Shown here piece by piece: positions 58,210-64,000 of a DNA stretch of 64,000 bases; the first letter of the stretch is position 1; the number at the start of each line of letters is the position of its first letter. The stretch comes from Christensenellaceae bacterium (GTDB lineage: Bacteria; Bacillota; Clostridia; Christensenellales; CAG-138): contig OY762962.1 of NCBI GenBank assembly GCA_963667195.1, forward strand, positions 162,896 through 226,895, in the 5' to 3' direction. Position numbers and translations under genes: made by a program. The notes beneath the pieces are model-generated. The model did not search any database, had not been told where the DNA came from, and saw only the letters and a list, made by a program, of their open reading frames with translations.

Positions 58210-59925
58210 TTATCTGCGCACGATCCGGTAATAGGTCCGCGCGGTGACCCGGTAGATCACGAAATACAGCAGCGTAAAGGCAACCAATGTTCCGCCGATG
58301 CAGGTCAGCACCAATCCCCAATCATAAAGCATGAAGAGCCGGAGCATCCACGCCATGATCTTGGAAGCAAAAAGCATGTGAAGCGTCGTTGCAGCAAGCG
58401 GCAGGAAGAAGACCCAGAGCACCTGCGAGTTGATGGTCTTTTTCACCTGCTGGTCGTCCATGCCGACCTTTTGTAGAATCTCGAAGCGTTCCTTATCTTC
58501 GTAGCCTTCCGTGACCTGCTTGAAGTAGAGGATCAGCACCGCGACGGCGAGGAACAGCACCGCAAAGAACACGCCGAGGAACAGGAGTCCGCCGTAGAAA
58601 CCGTAGCCCTGCTCCATCGCGGTATAGTAGTCCGCCACGATGAGGTTCGGCGTTTCGGAGAAGGACTGGCTGTACTGATCGCGCACCGCCTGCACAAACG
58701 CGAGGCAGTCGTCCGTCGTGCCGGAGATATCCATGCGATAGTTGCTGTCATAGAAGATCAGCGTCGGCACTTCGACAAACTTGCTGTCATCCCAGACGAA
58801 GTTATTGCGTCGGAATTCCTCACCCTTCGGCAGTTTGGTGATGAGTTTGCTCTTGTCCGCGGAGAGCGTCACGTGGTTTTCCGCCGCGATCTTGTTCAGC
58901 GTCGCGTCGTAGTCTACAATCTGCTGCTGCGTGGCGGATTCCGGCACATACACCTGCGCGTCAAAGGGATACATGCTGCGTGTCATCTGCTCGCTGCCAA
59001 GGTAGAGCGAAAGCGTGCCGGAGACCGTGACCACAAGCATCGTGGAGAGAATGCAGATGGTAGCGAGTCCCCGCGCGTTCTGGCGCATGCGGTGGAACAT
59101 GCCGGAGATGGTCACAAAATGATCCGGCTGGTAATACAGGCTCTTCTTCATGCGAAGGAGTTTCAACACCACAATGCTTCCGCATAGAAAGAGCAGATAG
59201 GTTGCGATGATGACCGCAATCGCCAGCGGGAAGAATATGCCGAGTGCCAGACCGGGAATCTCCGTCGTCCACGCGAAGTAGTACGCGCCGCCGAGCATGA
59301 TCGCGCCGAGAATCGCGAGCGGGAGCAGACCTTTTTTGTCCTTTTCGCCGCTCTTTTCGCTGGAGAGCAGCGCAATCGGGCTTGCGGTATGCACGCGGAT
59401 GATGTTTGACACCGAAGTCACGAGGAACACGAGGAAGAACAGCGCGAACATCAGCGAAAACGCCTGTAATGAGATGGAGAACGTGCTGCCCGGAATCGTG
59501 TGGATCATCTTCATCAGAATCAGGAACAAAAGCCTTCCGAAGACCAGCGCAATCGCCGTTCCGCAGAGGAGTCCGCCGCCGATGACAAACGTGTTTTCCC
59601 AGAGGAGCACACGCCCGACATGCCGTTTGTCGAGGCCAAGGATGCCATAAAGCCCGAACTCCTTCTTCCTGCGCTTGATGAGGAAGTTGTTGATGTAGAG
59701 CATGAATGCAAACGTAAACAGCGCGTAGACAACGAGGCCGAACGCAAAGAGCGCTTTGGCTGTGTCGCCGCTGGGCGTATTGGTCAGCCCCTTGGAGAAG
59801 AGCAAGCCCGCGATTAGGAGAAACACGCCGCTCATCACCGCGGTTGCCACGAGATATGGCAGGTAGGTGATCTTGTTGCGCCGGACGTTGCTCAGCGCAA
59901 GTTTAAAATAGAAGAATTTACGCAT
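58210..59925 (-). CDS. BceB-like (FtsX-type) ABC transporter permease
   Basis: KRRKKEFGLY.ILG, about 10 TMs, LYFKQ, FFLP; operon context. Confidence 0.9.
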   Translation of the reverse strand: MRKFFYFKLALSNVRRNKITYLPYLVATAVMSGVFLLIAGLLFSKGLTNTPSGDTAKALFAFGLVVYALFTFAFMLYINNFLIKRRKKEFGLYGILGLDKRHVGRVLLWENTFVIGGGLLCGTAIALVFGRLLFLILMKMIHTIPGSTFSISLQAFSLMFALFFLVFLVTSVSNIIRVHTASPIALLSSEKSGEKDKKGLLPLAILGAIMLGGAYYFAWTTEIPGLALGIFFPLAIAVIIATYLLFLCGSIVVLKLLRMKKSLYYQPDHFVTISGMFHRMRQNARGLATICILSTMLVVTVSGTLSLYLGSEQMTRSMYPFDAQVYVPESATQQQIVDYDATLNKIAAENHVTLSADKSKLITKLPKGEEFRRNNFVWDDSKFVEVPTLIFYDSNYRMDISGTTDDCLAFVQAVRDQYSQSFSETPNLIVADYYTAMEQGYGFYGGLLFLGVFFAVLFLAVAVLILYFKQVTEGYEDKERFEILQKVGMDDQQVKKTINSQVLWVFFLPLAATTLHMLFASKIMAWMLRLFMLYDWGLVLTCIGGTLVAFTLLYFVIYRVTARTYYRIVRR

Positions 59926-59969
59926 GCGTTTCGCCTCCCGTCAGCCGAGGGCAAACGCGAACAAGATGC

Positions 59970-60731
59970 TTACGCAATGTCGCCACCCCCTAAAATGGAG
60001 AGGTTCGCGACGATGCGGTCGAAGAACGCGCGGTTGTTCTCCTCGCCGCGATAGAGCTGCGAAAACAGCGCGCCATCCGAGATAAACAGCACACGGGAGG
60101 CGTAGCTTGCCGCCATCGCGCTATGGGTGACCATGACGATCGTCTTGCCGATCTGGTGCAGGTCGGTGAGCTGACCCAACAGGCTCGCGGAGGCTTTGCT
60201 GTCCAGTGCGCCCGTGGGCTCATCAGCGAGCAGGATGCGCGGGTCGGTGATCACCGCGCGCGCGATTGCCGCGCGCTGCTTTTCGCCGCCGGACACCTCG
60301 AATGGATACTTGCTCAATAGCTGTGTAATGCCCAGCTGCCGCGCGATCGGCAATAACCGCTCTTCCATCTCGCGAACCGGCGTCTGCATCAGCACCAGCG
60401 GAAGCAGGATGTTATCCTTGATGGAGAACGTGTCCAGCAGGTTGAAATCCTGAAAGACGAAGCCGAGGTGCTTTCTGCGGAACTCCGAAAGATCGCGGTC
60501 GGCGATGGACGAAAAGCTGACACCGTCCAGCAGCACGTCGCCGGTGGTGGGCTTATCGAGTGAGGCTAAGATGTTGAGCAGCGTGGTTTTGCCGCTGCCG
60601 GATGCACCCATGATGGCGACAAACTCGCCTTCGATCACCTCGAAGTTCACGTTTTTCAGCGCGATGCACTGCCGCATACCCAGTTTGGTGTTATAGACCT
60701 TTCCCAGTCCTTTTACCTGGAGAAGAGACAT
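59970..60731 (-). CDS. BceA-like ABC transporter ATP-binding protein
   Basis: GASGSGKTT, GFVFQDFNLLD, SGGEKQR, ADEPTGALDS, VTH. Confidence 0.95.
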   Translation of the reverse strand: MSLLQVKGLGKVYNTKLGMRQCIALKNVNFEVIEGEFVAIMGASGSGKTTLLNILASLDKPTTGDVLLDGVSFSSIADRDLSEFRRKHLGFVFQDFNLLDTFSIKDNILLPLVLMQTPVREMEERLLPIARQLGITQLLSKYPFEVSGGEKQRAAIARAVITDPRILLADEPTGALDSKASASLLGQLTDLHQIGKTIVMVTHSAMAASYASRVLFISDGALFSQLYRGEENNRAFFDRIVANLSILGGGDIA

Positions 60732-60802
60732 GGAAATTTCCTCCAATTTTGCTTGATGCGGCTATTGTACGAAAAAAGCGACTGCGCGAACCATCGAAGT
60801 GT

Positions 60803-60838
60803 CTTACAAAACGTGAATCCAACCTTACGGTTTTGTCA
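60803..60838 (-). promoter_or_regulatory. BceR-type response regulator binding sites upstream of the transporter
   Basis: Minus strand TGACA-AAAC-CGTAAG and a second GTAAG half-site 21 bp away; TACAAT -10 at 60764-60769. Confidence 0.7.
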
Positions 60839-60852
60839 TGTTTGCCAATCTG

Positions 60853-61842
60853 CTACATCTGCGCAAACTCGTCGTACACCGGAAACTGCAGCGAAACGCG
60901 CGTACCCTTTCCCAGCTCGGAGGTCACCATGATGCGGATGCCGAGAGCTATCGCCGTGCGCTTGACGAGGTACAGCCCTATTCCGCTGGCCCGCGTGTCC
61001 ATCCGCCCGTTGTAGCCCGTGTACCCTTTTTCAAAGATGCGCGGCAAATCCTCCTTGCGGATGCCGATGCCGGTGTCCTCCACGATGAGCGCCGTGCCTT
61101 CCATATAGATGCGCACGCCGCCCGAACGCGTGTACTTCACGCTGTTGGAGAGCAGCTGCCCCAGGATGAACTCTAGCCACATGCGATCGCAGGGAATGTC
61201 CTTTGCCAGCGGTTCAATCCGTGCGGTGAGCTTGCTATAGACAAACAGGAGTGAATACTTCTTCACCGCCGCGTGTGCTATCTCGTTGAGATCGCACCGC
61301 TCGATGATCAGATCGCTCTGAATATCGCCAAGCTTGACAAACCGGAGCGCGAGATCCGCATACTGATCCACCTTGAACAGTTCCTGCCGGAGCAGCGGTG
61401 TCTGCTCCTCGCGGTTGGCGTCCAGAAGCAGGCGCATCGCGGAGATCGGCGTCTTGATCTGATGCACCCAGAGCGTGTAATACTCCTTTTGCTCCTCCTG
61501 CTGGTGAAGGTTTTCCGTCTTAAGCCGCTCGTTTTCCTGTGTCAGCGCGCGAATCAGCGTGTTATAATCGCGGCTGAGTGCGTCAATCGGCTCCGGCAGC
61601 TCACGCGGGAGCAGCTCCGTCCGTGTTTGAATCAGCGATAGGCTCTTGCGCGCTCTGCGGTAGCGCGCGCCGTCGCCCAGCAGCACGCAAACAAACACAA
61701 ACGAGATGATGATGCACGCATAGCGCACATAGATCGTGTCCTGCCCCGCGAGAAAGCCGAGCAGGAGAATCACAAATATGCTCAGCACATATAAAAGAAG
61801 CACCGCCATCCGCGAGGCGAGATATTCCCGTAGTTTTCGCAT
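60853..61842 (-). CDS. BceS-like intramembrane-sensing histidine kinase
   Basis: Two close TMs, WVHQIKTP, NSVKY, DTGIGI, GYTG, GIGLYL. Confidence 0.92.
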   Translation of the reverse strand: MRKLREYLASRMAVLLLYVLSIFVILLLGFLAGQDTIYVRYACIIISFVFVCVLLGDGARYRRARKSLSLIQTRTELLPRELPEPIDALSRDYNTLIRALTQENERLKTENLHQQEEQKEYYTLWVHQIKTPISAMRLLLDANREEQTPLLRQELFKVDQYADLALRFVKLGDIQSDLIIERCDLNEIAHAAVKKYSLLFVYSKLTARIEPLAKDIPCDRMWLEFILGQLLSNSVKYTRSGGVRIYMEGTALIVEDTGIGIRKEDLPRIFEKGYTGYNGRMDTRASGIGLYLVKRTAIALGIRIMVTSELGKGTRVSLQFPVYDEFAQM

Positions 61843-61881
61843 AAACACCCACTCCTTTGCGCGCAAGAATGATTCTCGCGT

Positions 61882-62553
61882 TTACGATTCGATCGAATAC
61901 CCCTGCCCCTTGTGCGTCTTCACGCAGTCGCCAAGCCCCACCTCCGCGAGCGTTTTTCGGAGTCTCGTCACGTTGACGGTCAGGGTATTGTCGTCCACAA
62001 ATTCGTCGCTGTCCCAAAGTTTGAGCATCAACTCTTCGCGGCTGACGATCGCGCCGCGTTTCTCCAGCAGCGCCTGCAAAATGCGGCTTTCGTTTTTCGT
62101 CAGCTCACGCTTGCTACCTTCATAGAGCATGCTCGATGCGGATGCGTCAAACTCCGCACCGAGAAAGCGATAGCCGGTGCTCGTCTCATAATCATACGCG
62201 CGGCGGAGCACCGCCTGCACCTTCGCGATCAATAGCTCGGCCGCCACGGGCTTTGCGAGATAGTCGTCCCCGCCCATGTTGACCGCCATGACCACGTCCG
62301 CCGTGTCCGTGCGCGAGGAGAGAAACACGATCGGCACTTTCGAGCTTCTGCGGATGCGCTCGCACCAATAGTAGCCATTGTAGTACGGCAGCGAGATATC
62401 CATAATCACGAGCTGCGCGCAGGACTGCGCAAACTCCTCGTCGATGCGGTCAAACGCCCTTGCGATTATGGCATCAAACCCCCAGCTTGCGAGGCTTTTT
62501 GCGATCTCGACGGCAATCACCTCGTCGTCCTCTACGATCAAAATTCGAACCAT
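61882..62553 (-). CDS. BceR-like OmpR-family response regulator
   Basis: IVEDD, DISLP..NG, GGDDY..KP, DDNTLTVN..RLR. Confidence 0.94.
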   Translation of the reverse strand: MVRILIVEDDEVIAVEIAKSLASWGFDAIIARAFDRIDEEFAQSCAQLVIMDISLPYYNGYYWCERIRRSSKVPIVFLSSRTDTADVVMAVNMGGDDYLAKPVAAELLIAKVQAVLRRAYDYETSTGYRFLGAEFDASASSMLYEGSKRELTKNESRILQALLEKRGAIVSREELMLKLWDSDEFVDDNTLTVNVTRLRKTLAEVGLGDCVKTHKGQGYSIES

Positions 62554-62783
62554 GTGCGTTCTCCTGTCGTTTGGCTTCGTGTATGAACCATATAATACAC
62601 CGTGTTGCGTGTTCTTGCAAGCGGGCGCACGGCGGATACCGTTGTGTCGGGTTTTTCTGGTTTGGCCACGGACAAATTTTTATGCATTCAAATTGAATTT
62701 TTGTATATAGTATATTCGAAAAGTGCAGATTTTATCGGTTCTTTATAGCTGAATAAATATACTATATATTCTTATTTCTGCCG

Positions 62784-62829
62784 TTGACAGCCATACCTTT
62801 AACGCATAGGATAACATCAGCGATGTTAT
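62784..62829 (+). promoter_or_regulatory. buk promoter with an overlapping palindromic operator
   Basis: TTGACA-17 bp-TAGGAT; ATAACATC-AGC-GATGTTAT at 62811-62829. Confidence 0.7.
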
Positions 62830-62872
62830 ATTAAAAGAATTTCGGCACCGCCGAGTACGCGGAGGAGACAGC

Positions 62873-63949
62873 ATGCGACTGCTCATCATCAACCCCGGCG
62901 CCACCTCGACGAAAATCGCCGTCTACGAAGACGAGGCGGAGGTGTTTTCCGCCTCGATTTCACACGCGCCCGAGACGCTCGCTGGCTTTTCGCGCGTGGT
63001 GGATCAGCTGCCGCTGCGCGAAGCACTCGTGCGCGAGGCGCTGGCAAAGGCGGGCTTTGCGCCCGCTTCGTTTGACGCGGTTTGCAGCCGCGGAGGGCTA
63101 GTGCGGCATATCCCCAGCGGCACCTATGAAATCGACGATCAGGTCATTCACGATATCTATAATCCCCCGTTTGGCGAACACGCCTCCTCGCTCGGCCCGC
63201 TGATTGCGAATTCGATTGCCCGGGAAGCGAAGATTCCCGCGTATTTTGTCGATCCGGTCTCGGTGGACGAGCTACAACCGCTTGCCCGCATCACGGGACT
63301 GGCGGGCATGGAGCGCGAGAGCTTTTTCCACGCGCTGAACCAAAAAGCGGTGGCGCGAAAAGCGGCAAACGACCTCGGCAAGCCGTATGAGCAGCTCAAC
63401 CTCATCGTGGTGCATATGGGCGGCGGTGTCTCCGTCGCGGCGCACGAAAAAGGGCGCGTGGTGGACGTTTACAACGTCAAGGACGAAGGCAGTTTCTCGC
63501 TCGACCGCGCGGGCAGCCTACCCGTCAACGCGCTGGTCAACCTCTGCTACAGCGGTATCGGTAAGCAGGAGCTGAAGAAAAAGCTGGCGTTCGAAGCAGG
63601 CGTTTATTCTTATCTACAGACGCGGGATTTCCGCGAAGTCGAGCGGCGCATGCTGGAAGGCGATGCGGAAGCCGAGATGATCTTCCGCGCGATGGCATAT
63701 CAGCACGCGAAGGACATCGGAGCCATGGCTGCGGTGCTTCGCTACTCGGTGGATGCGATTCTGCTCGCGGGCGGCATCGCGTATTCCGACCGCTTCTGTG
63801 CGGAACTCTGCGGTTATGTGGAAAAGATTGCACCGATTTTGCGCTATCCCGGCGAGGAAGAGATGAAGTCCCTCGCCCTCGGCGCGCTGCGCGTGCTCCG
63901 CGGAGAACCGGCAAAATCGTATTCGGAGACGATTGGCATAAATGATTGA
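62873..63949 (+). CDS. buk: Butyrate (branched-chain carboxylate) kinase
   Basis: INPGATSTK, RGG, HASSLG, VDPVSVDE, FHALNQKAVA, HMGGGVSV, YPGEEEM; RBS GGAGG. Confidence 0.95.
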   Translation: MRLLIINPGATSTKIAVYEDEAEVFSASISHAPETLAGFSRVVDQLPLREALVREALAKAGFAPASFDAVCSRGGLVRHIPSGTYEIDDQVIHDIYNPPFGEHASSLGPLIANSIAREAKIPAYFVDPVSVDELQPLARITGLAGMERESFFHALNQKAVARKAANDLGKPYEQLNLIVVHMGGGVSVAAHEKGRVVDVYNVKDEGSFSLDRAGSLPVNALVNLCYSGIGKQELKKKLAFEAGVYSYLQTRDFREVERRMLEGDAEAEMIFRAMAYQHAKDIGAMAAVLRYSVDAILLAGGIAYSDRFCAELCGYVEKIAPILRYPGEEEMKSLALGALRVLRGEPAKSYSETIGIND

Positions 63950-64000
63950 ATATATTCACCTGCAATTATTAGAAAAAATACTTGCTTAGAAATCTAAGTA

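Overview
Core chromosome of a GC-rich, anaerobic Clostridia-like bacterium. This taxonomy is inferred from the gene content (rnfCDGEAB, buk, T-box, Bce module) and sigma-A type promoters. I see no prophage, transposase, integrase or CRISPR array. In order: a CocE/NonD hydrolase bracketed by identical terminators; long-form hflX; a T-box-controlled cysE-cysS; proS; a membrane GGDEF(degenerate)-EAL protein; a priming sugar-transferase/RmlA in-frame fusion with rfbB; a LacI-controlled maltodextrin ABC operon with malQ; AraC, SRAP, PAP2-like and phosphoesterase genes; the Rnf complex; an apparently inactive amidase; a Zn-PLC/SLOG pair; MATE; dCMP deaminase-thyX; an 11-gene polysaccharide operon (6 GTs, TupA-like ATP-grasp, degenerate CapA, flippase, ugd, epimerase); mscL; tRNA-Leu(CAA); VanW; GNATs; a BceRS-BceAB-like module; and buk. 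I cannot demonstrate a wholly new system from the sequence alone. The best leads are: a JAMM/MPN+-like metal motif in the HflX N-terminal extension, the priming-transferase-RmlA fusion, the ATP-grasp plus pseudo-CapA polysaccharide locus lacking a polymerase, a Cys-rich insert in CysE, several apparently leaderless genes, and the PLC-SLOG pair. All product calls come from motif recognition by eye, with no database search.
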